Shown here one piece after another: positions 14,418 to 26,600 of a stretch of 64,000 bases of DNA (position 1 is its first letter; each line of letters opens with the position of its first letter). The notes under the pieces were generated by a model that did no database searches, was not told where the DNA came from, and was given only the letters and a program-made list of their open reading frames with translations. A program made the position numbers and the translations under genes. Origin of the DNA: Octopus sinensis (lineage: Eukaryota); contig NW_021832382.1 in NCBI RefSeq assembly GCF_006345805.1, forward strand, positions 62,001-126,000, given 5' to 3'.

Positions 14418-16293
14418 TAGGGCAATTTTTTCAGGCACTTAAAATTTATTTTTAGGACCTTAAAAATAGGCATTTTAGGACTTTATTTTAATTTTTAGGA
14501 CTTTATTCTACATTTTTAGGCACATTTTAATAAGGTATTAAATCAAAAAGTCGTAAAAAATTATTTGTTATAGTAAGGTATTAAATAATTTTTGACATTT
14601 TCCGCATTGAAACCTCTATCTTTAGTAATTAATTTTTTAAGCATAGAAAATGCTCTTTCAACGGTTGATGATGTACACTGACATTTTCTTATTAGTCCAT
14701 ATTCTTCAGGGGAGATATTACTTTTCTCCATTTCTATAATTGATTCTATGTCATTTTTGTGTATCTTTTTTGTATGTATTCATTTATTTCTGCATTATCA
14801 GACGGAAATTTTAACAAACAAAGATCTGAATGTGCATCATTTATTGTATAACTTGTGGATTCCATTTTTTTCAATATTTGATTAAGTATCTGATAATTTT
14901 CATTTATTTCCATTAGACTTTTTCTTAAGGTTGGCGATTCAATTGCTTGTTTTACTTTTTTAACTAATATTCCGTCGTCTTTGAAATTCTCCACAATTTC
15001 AGCAATTGATACAAAATTATTTGCATAATAGTATGCTGCTTGCAGCCAACTACCCCATCTAGTTATGATGACGTCGGGCGGATAACCAATTGTAGAAAAC
15101 ATTTTTTTCTAGTTTTGTTTTTCACTATTGATGTCTTTATAGTCGCAATAAGATTATCAACGTCCGAATAATACGCCTTTACTCTGAGACAGCAATTATG
15201 TAACAAATGTGCAACACATGTTACATGGAACATCCTAGGATAAAGCATTTTCAATGTTTTTCCGGCTAAAAATAATTCAACAAACTACCCAAAATCATAT
15301 ACGGGGCTGCATCAGAAAGAAAAAGAAGAAAATTATTGCGTATAATCTCGAATTTTTTAATCTCTTCATCGATAATCTGAAGAATTGTGTTAGCAGTTAC
15401 AGATTCATATAAAGGTTCACACGAAATTAAATAGGTCTTCTCTGGATAAGCGATATTCCCAATGAGAACAACTACAAACTTCTGTCCATTTACGTCACCC
15501 TCGTCAACAACCATAAAAATCTTTTGAGATCTAAAAATTAATCATTTGTTAACCTTAGATCACTTTTATACTTGGATAATTTTTGTTCACTGATTGCAGG
15601 AATACAATTGCGACAGGCTGACTGGGAAGGAAGCGAAATATTCAATTTTTCAAACAATCCCTTTAAGCTTGGATTATTGAGCTTATGAAGAGGAATGTTT
15701 GCTTCAGAAAAGGCTTTGGCAACTTCCATCGGCATACTCTGAAAGTCTTCCGTTTCGGTTTGACCGTTGAATAGGGAATCTAAGGATTGTTGGAATCCTT
15801 CATTGTTATCTAAAAAAAATAATTTTAAATTACTCAAAAGCTTTAGATGTTTTGTAGATTGTCTATGCTGATCAATATAATATTTTTTGATGCATTGACG
15901 TAGATCATACATATTTTACAATATAGACTGCCTTTAATCACTGTGAATTCTTTTACGTAAGTTTCATAGGCTTTTAGAGCTTTAGACTTTATTGTAGAAC
16001 GTACACGTGGCATTTGAACACAAAAAAGTAATTTATAGCGTGCCTAATTTGTTATTTTTAAAATATTTTTTTGTAACATTTAAAAATAATTTATTTTAAA
16101 AATTTTTAAGACCTTAAAAAAATTTTTAGGACCTTAAAAAAATTTTTTAGGACCTTAACAATTTTTTAAGCATTTAAGGCATTTATAACTCGTTGTAGAT
16201 AAATCTATTTTAATTAAATTATAGCTTAAATTAATTATTTAAATAAATAGACCTTTTGGTGCAAAAAGGCATTTTAGGCAAAAAATTGCCCTA
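14418..16293 (-). mobile_element. Full-length hAT transposon (DUF659/CGGBP1-like transposase)
   Basis: TIR TAGGGCAATTTTT at both ends and a perfect 8-bp TSD ATAATAAT (14410-14417, 16294-16301). Subterminal TTTAGGAC repeats occur at both ends. Confidence 0.95.
14561..16013 (-). CDS. hAT transposase with two 23-nt introns (15531-15553, 15266-15288)
   Basis: Spliced reading: MPRVRS..LYCKIC..YIDQHRQSTKH..DLR|SQKIFMVVDEGD..LSDAAPYMIL|AGKTLKMLYPRMFHVTCVAHLLH..ITRWGSWL..STVERAFSML. The three remaining frameshifts are each one missing A in an A-run. Confidence 0.88.
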
Positions 16294-16329
16294 ATAATAA
16301 TTAAGATAAACGATTAGTCAAAGAGATTG

Positions 16330-17710
16330 ATGGCCAACAAAACTCCTATTAGACAATCATTGCGAGAGGCCCGCGTGATAGAAGCAAACGTCAGTTGGCC
16401 AAAAAAGCTTCCAATTTTTGTAAAAAAATGATAAGTATTAATCTTTTTTAATTTAAAGACTTTATTTGAAAGGGAAAATTGAAAAATTAGTCATTCCTTT
16501 GGACTGTCTAGCAGAGATAGAGACCCATGCTCGTTCTCTACACTTGATGTCTCGCGAAGGCGTCAAAAAAATTGAATTTCTCTGTTGCCGGAATTACTTT
16601 ATCGTGAAAAGTGGGGTCGTAAGAAAAGTCATATCAGAGTGCGATGTCTGCAAGTTTTCTCTTCCACTTAAAGTTAAGTCTGTTTTAGTAATGGTTTAGA
16701 CCAGGGGTTCTCAACCTTTTGAGCTCAAGGGCCAAATCGATAATTAAGATTAGCTTCGCGGGCCGCACAAAAAATATTTATATATTTTATATTTTCCAAG
16801 CCGTAACTAAAAAAAAAGTATCTAAAAAAGGCGTTGTAACTAAAAGAAAATTATTATTTATTATTAAGTTTTTGTAATCGGGAATAAGTAAACTCGAAGA
16901 AGTTCGTAAAAGCTGACTCAAGTGATTATCGGTGAGTTTGTTACGATATTTATTTTTATTTTTTTTTCTAAACTTTAGACCGTGGATGAAACTGACCATG
17001 TTTTCGCCTCTGTTCCGAATGAGCGGTTTCAAATAGATCTTATTGATCTGAAAAGTTTGAAAACGTTAACGGAGAATACAAATGGATTCTATCCGTTATT
17101 GACGTCTATAATCGGTTTTATGATTATAATTATCATAGTTTTGCTTTTTCTAGGCCACTAATTAATAAGTCAGGAGTCGAGGTTTCAAAAAATCTCGAGT
17201 CCCTATTTTATCTGAATGGTCCCTGTCAGATTCTACAATCCGAGAATCGGACAGAATTCGGGTTCTTTGCGAGTTCAAAATTCAACAGATCCACGGCAGT
17301 TTTGATTTTAGAATCAAACAAATTCAGAGAAGGCCCAACAAACCACGGACACAGGGGATTGTAGAGAGATTCAACCACCAACATATTGCCTACTGCAGGA
17401 CAAAAATCTGTTCTTTTAAACCAAGGGAGCATTGTGCAATCATTGTATGAGAAGCAAAAAAACGGTTGGGTATTTGGCAACAAAAGTTCAATCCAACAAA
17501 CCAGATACTTTCGTCCATATGCTATGTATGTAGAAACAAACCAGCTATGTAGAAATTATTAAAGATATAATTTTTGATTATAACAACACGATGCATGCTA
17601 CTACGAAACAAATTCCTTTTTTTACATTTTTATGGGCTGTGAATATCCAAATATAACAAATCCCTTTTTTTACATTTTCATGGGTTTGAAGGAATGAAGG
17701 CATATTAGAG
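16330..17710 (+). mobile_element. Gypsy-like (rve) integrase element 'X', probable Ginger/GIN-type DNA transposon, degenerate; continues at 21305-21570
   Basis: HHCC zinc finger (HARSLH..CDVC), PNERFQIDLIDL, WILSVIDVY, ILQSENRTEF, KPRTQGIVERFN and YNNTMH. Introns at 16673-16699 and 17115-17138. No RT/RNaseH or LTR seen. Confidence 0.75.
16702..16975 (-). mobile_element. 3' terminal fragment of a SPIN/Charlie (Buster-group) hAT
   Basis: TIR CAGGGGTTCTCAACC. The minus strand encodes KNKYRNKLTDNHLSQLLRTSSS..PDY (hAT dimerisation C-terminus). Flanks GTTTAGAC and CTTTAGAC fit an nnnTAnnn TSD. Confidence 0.8.
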
Positions 17711-17712
17711 CT

Positions 17713-20700
17713 ATGTCCTCAAACAGGGACGAGGATTGGGCAAAAGCGTTCTGCTTCCCCTTTTTCGGACTTAGCCTGACCCGTGGAGATAAATTGCCCG
17801 GGAATTTTACTTCCAAACTTAAAAGATCTATTTCTTCTTACCTCCCCTTTTCCATCGACACATTAATATCTCAGGAAAGCCACTCACTGTCAAAACCAAG
17901 ACTAAACCACAACGAAAACCTACGCAAGAGAGTACGTTCCAAGTTAATGTCGGGCGACTTCTCGGCCGCCTTGAGAATAATTTCCTCAGACGATAAAGTT
18001 GCGAGGGTTGACGAACAAACAATACAGTCCCTCCTAGCAAAACATCGGTACTGTTGCATTTCATCCTGCACGAAAATAGCCTCTAAATGAATAATGCAAA
18101 TTTTATGAATACTAGATCGAAAATTTAAAAAATTGAACTATGCCGAATTTGTAAATTTTATTCTAATTTTTTTAAAAAAAATTTGAATTTTTTACCGGCT
18201 TGTGGAGATGAATGATACAGTTGTCATGCGAAAATTTGCAAAACTGAAGGACTATGAACTTCCCCGTACTGAAATGGAGTCAGTTGCTTTTCTTCAAGAG
18301 GTTGGAATCTTTCCCAAAGAAAAAAAATGTCAAAACAGACATTTTATGACCCTTCTCCAACAGCAGGAGAATACAACATGGGTGTGCTATAAAAGTGGGT
18401 GTCGAACATATAGTTCTATTAGAAACGGTATAAGAGAGTACTTTATTCTTAGGTACGTGGCTCGAAGGTACGAAAGTGACCTACTCCTAATACATTTATA
18501 GAATTTTTATGGAGAAGGCAAGTGAGCCATTTAGACAACTCCTTTGATGAGCTAATAGATGCCATCGTCAAATTTTGTTTGCCGAATATCACGCTTCGTA
18601 CTACCAGCTGACCTTTTTTGTTGTAATAAAGATTTTTTCACTAAGGGAATGATGATAAGCATCTTTATTAACCAACAACTGTGTCTTTTTAGACAGGTGG
18701 TCGTTAATAGCTCAGATTTAATTTTGTCGGTATTGTTTTGACACCACTAAGCCGGTAAAAAATTCAAATTTTTTTCAAAAAAAATTAGAATAAAATTTAC
18801 AAATTCGGCATAGTTCAATTTTTTAAATTTTCGATCTAGTATTCATAAAAATTTTCATTAATTCATTTAGAGGCTATTTTCGTGCAGGATGAAATGCAAC
18901 AGTACCAAAACATCCCACCCCATCTTCTCCTACAACAGTACCAACACCAAGCCCGGATCATGATTTTGTGCATGTCGATAAAGACGAAGTGTTGAGAGCC
19001 CTGAAGTCTTTTCGCCCTAGTAGCAGCGGTGGAATCGATGGCCTCCGTCCAAGTCATATCATGGATCTGGTCTCCTCTTCAGCTTCCGCAGCCGGAGAAC
19101 GTCTTTTGACGAATATTTGTGGTCTAATGAACGCATTCCTCGAAGGGTCTCTGTCTGATTTCCCACGCTCCCTTTTCTCTCGGGTAACCTGACCGCGCTG
19201 AATAAAAAGGACGGTGGAATCCGTCCCATATCCGTCGGTAATGTTTTCAGGAGACTGGCGGCTAAGATCGCTTGCGCCAGGTCTTCACATCTGATTCCGA
19301 AAATTTTCCATAACATACAGATGGGTGTCGGTGTTAAAGGTGGCTGCGAAGCCACTGTCCACGCCGTGAGGGATTTTACAGAGTTTTCACACTCTGCTTA
19401 TAACGACTGTATTCTTGCTAAATTGGACATGAAAAATGCTTTTAATTGCATCGACCGCTCATGCTTCCTTAAAAAATGCAGCAAACATAACATTCCATTA
19501 CTCCCGATGGCCAGCATGTGCTACGGTTGCACACCTGAACTAATGATAGACGGACACACGATCTTGTCCTCCTCTGGGGTCCAACAAGGTGACCCCCTTG
19601 GTCCATTACTCTTCTCCATGGGTATTAACCCAACAGCACACGCCGTAAAATCACCGCTCAACGTTTGGTATCTGGATGACATTACTATCGGTGGTCCTGC
19701 TCACCAAGTCATCTTGGATATCGAATCAATCGATGTAAGTCTGAACAAAATTGGATTACAGTTGAACCCTTCAAAATTTGAGATCATAAACCTCAACGCT
19801 AACGAGGAAGATTTCGCGACTATAGTGGAAAAATATCACTCAGTCTTACCGGGTGGCATTATAACCAGGAAAGGGTCGCTTGAAGTCTTAGGATATCCCA
19901 TTTTCTCGGAAGGAATCGAGAAAATACTGTCCGGAAAATTATCCACTTTTGAGTTTATGTCAAGCAGGCTATCCATCCTGGACGCTCACGAAGGGTTTTT
20001 CTTGTTGAAAAACTTCATATCACTCCCCAAGCCACAACACGTTCTCCGCTCTGCCCCCTGCTTTATAAACCCTGAACTTCTCAAAGAACTGGAATCAGGG
20101 CTGAAACACAGTGCCGAAAATCTCTGCAACATTCGTTTTGACGAAGCCTCGTGGACCCAAGCCACGCTTCCAATACGATTCGGAGGAATTGGTGTCCGCT
20201 CCCCAGCAGATATTGCATTACCCGCCTTTTCTCTTCTCGATTGTCGTGTGACTCACTGGTGGATTTAGTTCTCCCCCTTTCCACTGAACGTAACGCATCC
20301 TCCTGGTATCAGATGGCAATCGAAATTTGGTCGAACAGAGGCCTCAAGATACCTGCTAACTCATTCTCACAGAGATGTTGGGACGACCTGTCTTCTATGT
20401 CAATTTACCACCACTTGGAAAAGGTCTCTGATCAATCTCGACTTGCATGCCTTAGAAGCGTTTCACAAAAACAATCCGGAGCGTGGCTCAATGCATGTCC
20501 TATCCCTTCAGTCGGAAACAAACTGGACGACGAGACATTGCGAATTGCAATCTCCTTACGCCTTTGCATGAAGATCTGTCGCCAGCACCGCTGTAGTTGC
20601 GGGGCTTCCGTTGACGAATTCGGACGGCATGCTCTCTCATGCAGACGCAGTGCAGGCCGGTTTCCAAGACATCATGCAATGAACCTAATTGTCATGAACG

Positions 20701-21180
20701 CTTTGGATACAGCTGGTTTCCCGGCACAGCTGGAGCCTCCTGGTCTCATCCGCACAGACGGAAAAAGGCCTGATGGGATAACAATTCCGTACACCAACGG
20801 GAAGTGCCTTGTTTGGGACTGCGCCTGCACCGACACCTTCTCAGAGACAAACCTGATCGCCTCAGCCTCCTCTTTAGGATATGCTTCACAGAACTACGAA
20901 AAAATTAAAAAATTAAAATATTCAGAGCTCAAGGACAGGTTCATAGTGCAACCGATTATTGTAGAGTCATCTGGAGTCTTCGGTCCGGAATCAATCTCTT
21001 TCATTAGGAAACTTGGATCCCTGATCTCGGTTCAGACGAAAGATAGAAGGGAGACCGAATGGCTGTTTCAACGCCTTTCAACAACCGTTGTCAGGGGTAA
21101 TAGCCACGCTATCCTTTCTGCTCTTAAGCAACCTTAATTAACCTATATTTTCTTTTGTCTTTCTTTAACGATTCTAGAAT
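17713..21180 (+). mobile_element. CRE-like RT/RLE non-LTR retrotransposon, family B, 5'-truncated
   Basis: Motifs [63 protein letters not shown] and RLSTTVVRGN. The stop is at 21137. Confidence 0.93.
18047..18906 (+). mobile_element. Non-autonomous (internally deleted) Merlin/IS1595-like DNA transposon
   Basis: Near-perfect ~155-bp TIRs starting GGTAC (Merlin GGNRM consensus) and a perfect 8-bp TSD AAAACATC (18039-18046, 18907-18914). It retains the transposase N-terminus (KKCQNRH..WVCYKSGCR..SIRNG|TWLEGTK) and C-terminus (EFLWRRQ..SFDELIDAIV). The CRE-B frame is restored across the insertion. Confidence 0.93.
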
Positions 21181-21569
21181 CTGGATTTTAATTATTTATT
21201 TTTGTATTTTTAATTTTTTTTAATTTTTTCAGAAATTTATATTTCCCAAATAAAAGAAACATTTTTTTACTCACGGAATTGCAACAAAATAAAACAGTCA
21301 TTTTAATTTTTGATTATAACAACACGATGCATAATACTACGAAACAAATTCCTTTTTTTACATTTTTATGGGCTGTGAATATCCAAATACAATATCAGAT
21401 CTGGATCTTGAAGGAATGAAGGCATATGAGATCGATTCCGCGATATCTGATGCACAAGAAAATGCATACACGAATATAATTATTGCCGGAGAAAAAATGA
21501 TAAATAAACGAAAATGGAGATACGATGAGGACCCTATAATAGTTGGATCGAAAGTTTTACTGAAACAAT

Positions 21570-24500
21570 TCTTCATACCGATAACGGAAAGGAATTCAAA
21601 AATTCTCATATGGAACAACTTTGGGAAAAATATAACATTTCTCATGTTTCTGGACGGCCACGAGCACCATGGATACAGGGACAAGTCGAACGGTATTTTT
21701 TGTTGCTTAATCCAGATAGATCCCGCCCCTTGGTGCAAACCAAGTGCAAACAAACGCAAGGAACAATGCAAGTGGATCGAGATGAAATTTTGGATGCTAC
21801 ATCCATTTCCTAAAAGATGTTGTTCGTGATTACAACAATTCTACTCACGATACAACAAAGCAGAGACCCTTCGAAATATTTTTCAATGTGGATCTTTCCA
21901 AAAAATACGAAAAAAGGAAATTGGAAGCACTATTAGATTTTGATGGTCAAAATGAAAATGCGGAAATCCAACGGACAAAATAAAATGATAAAGAGGCGAA
22001 AGTAGAAATACGACGAAGATGCGATAATTGAGGGAGATCGGGTGATTTTAAGAACTGATTCGGACGCAAATCGACCAAAGCTGCCTTTATATGATGGACT
22101 AGATACTACACTTTATTATGTCAGAATCTTTAATGGAGATTTGTATGTTCTAGAAGACGATAAAGGGAACATTGTAACTGACCAACATATTTCAAGATTG
22201 AAAGAGTGAAAAAGCAACAAAATATCCAATTGGTGATTTGCGAAACAAAGCTGTAGGAGAACTTGCAAAGAATAATCAGATTGAGAATTCCGCTTTTAAA
22301 TATTGGTATCACAATAATCAGATTGAGAATTCCGCTTTTAAATATTGGTATCAGACTGCAAATTACCAATTTTTGATAAGCCACGAGATCGCAAAAAAAG
22401 GAAAACCATTTGATAGACTCAACTAGACTCTAGTCCAGTGATTCTTAACGGGGGCGCTGGCGCCCCCCTGGGGGCGCTGGAACATATTAGGGGGGCGCTG
22501 GAATTTTAATTTTTTTTAATTATTATAATATTTTATTAGTTTTTGTAAATCATTATCACGTGCTTTTCTATTAATTCTAAATTCAAATTGTCTTGTGTGT
22601 ACGTAAAAAAATTATTCACTGATAATATTTATAAATATTGTTAATGTGTTTTTAATTTTTAGAACTTTTTAATAAATATTTTAATTATATTTTATAGATG
22701 TCTGATAAAAAAGTAAAACGACGTATATATTCGGATGAATACCTAAAGTTTGGAGTGATACCCTACGACCATAACAATTCACTTCCAATGTGTCTTATGT
22801 GTAAAAAGGTCTTTACAAATGAAGGAATGAAGCCTTCAAGAATGCTAAATCATCTTAAGATTTGTCATCCTGACAAACTTGATGCGGATATCAATTATTT
22901 TTCTAATCTGAAATATAATTATGAAAATCGTCTTATGATTAATCAACTATTTACAAAAAATTCGAAGATGCTTGAAAAAGGCCTATTAGCATCATACAAA
23001 ATATCGCAATTGATAGCGAAATCAGGAAAACCTCATACTATTGGAGAGTCATTAATATTACCAGCTATCAAAGAAGTGTTAAATTCAATGGTTGATTGTG
23101 ATTCTGAACAAATAATTTCATCAATTCCTTTGAGTAATAGTTCTGTTTCTTCCAGAATTGATGAAATGGCATTTGATATCGAAGAAACCCTATGTGCATT
23201 TTTAAGAACAACAAAATTTTCAATTCAGATTGATGAATCGACATTCAACGATAGTGTTGCACTTTTATTAGTTTACGTACGTTATATATAATCAAAATGA
23301 TGTAATTCAAGAAGAATTTTTATTTTCTGAACACCTTGAACTCGATACAAGAGGATTAACAATTTTCAAAACTGTTGAACATATTTTTTGAAACATGAAA
23401 TACCCCTTAGCAATATTTTTGCTTGTTCAACAGATGGGGCACCTGCGATGGTTGGAGTTCATCGTGGGTTTTTGGCATATATGAAGGAAAAAGTACCGAA
23501 TATTTTTACAATCCATTGCGTCATTCACAGACAGCATTTAGCTGCGAAAAATTTAAGTGAGAGGCTGAATGAATCACTAAATGTTGTCATATGTGCAATA
23601 AATCGTATTAAAATGCCACCATTGAATTCGAGAATATTTCGACTTATTTTTGAACAAAACGATGAGCATTATGAACGACTTCTTTTACATAGCCATGCTA
23701 GATGGCTTTCAAAAGGAAACTGTCGATTTTTTTATTTGTATAATTCGATTTTAGAATTTTTTAAATTATAAGAGCAGAGAATTTTTAGGTAATTATTATT
23801 TTATCATTTTACTAAATTGATTTTATTGAAAGCTGAAACAGCTTATCTAGCTTATATTTTTCATAAAATTAATGAATTAGCTTGCAAGGAAACAATATTA
23901 ATTTAATAAATGTAAAAGAAATCATAACGCCTTTTATTGAAAAATCACATAGCTACGAAAACAATATTAAGAAAAAGATTTTTATTAATTTTCTAAGTCT
24001 ACAAAAATTTGGGGTTATTTTTCGTAATAATATTTATCAGTTCAAAAAATTAATGGATTCGGACTGCGAATGCTTTTGTTTGTATCTAAAAAAATTAAGA
24101 GAAGAAATGAAAATTCGCTTTGAAGATTTAGCAAATTTAAAATTTTTTGATTGGTATATAAATCTATTTGAAACTAGAAAACGTAAATTAATCTCAAGAA
24201 ATAACAGAAAATTTATTAAATTTGAAATATGAATTTGAAGCTAGTAAATTTTAACAAATATTGATATCAACAATTCTGGATTACATATAGAAAAAAATAT
24301 CCTTTATTGTGGAATGAAATTGAAACACTTATAATAGCATTTCCTTCAACATATCTAGTTGAAAGAGGATTTAGTGCAGTCTCTAATATTTTGACCAAAA
24401 AAAGAAATAAATTACAAATTGTGAATAGAGGAGATTTGAGACTAAGTCTGTCGACTATTGAAGCTGACATAAAACGATTGACAAATTCCCATCAAGCACA

Positions 24501-25408
24501 AGGCAGTCACTAAAATTTTTTTATATAAAAAGTTTGGTTTGTGAATACCCTTTTTAATTCTAAAAAAATAATAAGTAATATTCGAAAATATTAAAATGAA
24601 ACAATTGGCGAAAAAATTGCCAAATAAATCTATAATTGAAAAAAAATAAATTAAATAATAGGGGGGCGCTGAAATTTTGAAGCTTCGAAATTGTGTCAAA
24701 AGGGGGCGCTGACTTAAAAAAGGTTAAGAACCACTGGTCTAGTCAATAAATCAATAACAAGATTGTTTGAAGTTAATCGATAAACTGACAGATTAACATT
24801 AATTGAAGGCCATTGTAACGCACATCGCATAAGTATCATTTGGCCCATGTCAGATATTACATGACTCACCGTTACAAATGAACAAAGGATAACGAAAAAC
24901 TCGTCAATAGAATAAAAATTTTTAGTGGTTAAAAATGCTATGTTTATAAAAATGAAAAAATTTCAGGCAATTTTACAAAATTGATGCCCCAAATAGAGTT
25001 TATACTGTATATAAAAAAACTTAAGTGGTCGTGGGAAAACGACAAGTATATGAAAAAGTACAAAAAATGATTAAAAATTCAATAAATAAATATTTCAAAA
25101 AATATTAGCGTTAAAAAATTTCAAAATGAGTAAAAGAAACAAATTATAGGAATAAATTCGAAAAATATCACAAAATGATGAAATTTCAAATAATTTAATC
25201 ATTAAAAGAAACTGCATCTCGAAATATTCCCACTAAATCCAATTATATAAAAAATTAAGAAAAGGGTTAATTATATACACAGCACCACAAGGTGAATCAA
25301 CTGCGTGATCACGTGTGAAATAATTTATTAGGTTTACCATTAAAAAATAGGATAATTAAACAATAATTAATAAAAAATAAACCATATTCTAATTACAACA
25401 TTGCCACA
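21570..25408 (+). mobile_element. Second integrase element 'Y' (3' part), interrupted by Buster copy 1; further copies at ~28100-28532 + 33638-34191 and ~41650-42200
   Basis: HTDNGKEFKN..HVSGRPRAPWIQGQVER and LKDVVRDYNNSTH..TKQRPFE. The long AT-rich 3' region is repeated three times and ends ..CATTGCCACA (ATTCCCACA in the third copy). No left end was found. Confidence 0.65.
22436..24736 (+). mobile_element. Full-length Buster-group hAT (ZBED5/ZBED8-like transposase), copy 1
   Basis: TIRs CAGTGATTCTTAAC and GTTAAGAACCACTG. TSD CTCTAGTC/GTCTAGTC fits nnnTAnnn, with an empty site near 28420. Motifs YSDEYLKFG..PMCLMC..MKPSRMLNHLKICHP, QIDEST, STDGAPAM, HCVIHRQHLA, RWLSKG and FPSTYLVERGFS. Confidence 0.96.
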
Positions 25409-25423
25409 GTAATTCTTTAAATT

Positions 25424-25710
25424 TCCAAATTGAACAACATTACCCCAACTCCGCTTGACCAACTTATTAAGAAAAATGGAAAGGATTTCTTAGCCATCCA
25501 ACAAGACCACCTGCCAAAGGACTTTAACAACAAGAAGCACATCACCCCGATACAATTCCTCTCAAAAACTGCTCCCCGCCCGTCCCGCACTTGCGTTGGG
25601 TCCAGAGTCCAACATCGGGAAAAGCTGAGAAGGATTTTGAGGATTGTTGGAATCACCTAATTAATTACCCTAATTAACTGTTGGTGATTCTTGGGTTAAA
25701 TAATAATAAT
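25424..25710 (+). mobile_element. 5'-truncated LINE 3' end with (TAA)n tail
   Basis: The ORF end (..RRILRIVGIT*) is followed by a short UTR and TAATAATAAT. TSD AATTCTTTAAATT lies at 25411-25423 and 25711-25723, and the homologous site near 34195 is empty. Confidence 0.75.
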
Positions 25711-25723
25711 AATTCTTTAAATT

Positions 25724-26055
25724 ACGCAAGGAACTAAAGAGTCGGACATTTGGTTCATGTATTTAAAAATATAAGTCTTGAAGCAAATACGATTGGACAA
25801 CTAATCGAGGATATTGGTTACAACTTATTCGGACAAATTGCAACTTATTCGGACATATTTTCGTCTATGACAAAACTAAACAAAAGATAACCCTAATCGA
25901 AGTTGGCATCACTTCAAGACCGCCTCAAACAAGTCGAAACCGAGAAATTTCATAATATGATATGCTCGCAAACGAACTTTCAATACTTTATGATGCAAAG
26001 GTAAAGATTATCCCGATTGTCTTGACGTGGGATGGCGTTGCTTCGAGATATTTCA
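25724..26055 (+). mobile_element. R4/Dong-like non-LTR RLE C-terminal fragment
   Basis: KITLIEVGITS..YDMLANELSILYDAKVKIIPIVLTWDG. Confidence 0.8.
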
Positions 26056-26229
26056 AATTAAATAGTCTAGTAACTAGACTTCTTGTTTAAAAAGTGTAAT
26101 TTCCACCACATCGAATGTTGATATGAGTCGTTATAAAGTGAAAATAACAGGATCACAGTTTGAGACACGTTTTGAAATTTTTCGTGAACCTGAAAAAGAA
26201 GCATCGCAAACTGAAAATGCTTTCGCTGT

Positions 26230-26600
26230 TCTTCTACTCCTCTGTACATCGAGGCCCCGACTCTTCCCAAAATACCTAAGGACCGGTCTTGTTCCAAGGC
26301 TCGTAAATTTCTTGTACTTTTGTCTTGTTTCCGGAAATCGAAGGCTATCCCGTCAGGCATTCCTAAATCGGCCAGGATCCAAGTGGCTAATTCCCTAGCT
26401 CTGGCTATTGAGCGGGCTCTGGCCTCGAATTCTTGGTGCGACTGGTTCAAGTTTCTTTCATTTATCCCTGTCTGTCTGGGGAGCCCTTTAAACGGCACTC
26501 CTCGTGGTGACCGCTTGTCTGGCCCGCAGAGCCAAAAATCTGAAAAGGAAAGGTTCAGAAGATTATCTAAAAAATTTATTTTCGAAGATGATCTTACATT
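26230..26600 (+). mobile_element. CRE-like family C N-terminal fragment (region after the PHD finger)
   Basis: KAIPSGIPKSARIQVANSLALAIERAL..DWFKFLSF is homologous to family [36 protein letters not shown]. Confidence 0.8.

Noticed and set aside
22271-25860. Short tandem duplications (42 bp at ~22271-22354; 20 bp at ~25821-25860)
   Set aside because: Ordinary slippage events inside decayed elements; the homolog of the 42-bp unit near 28290 has a single copy.
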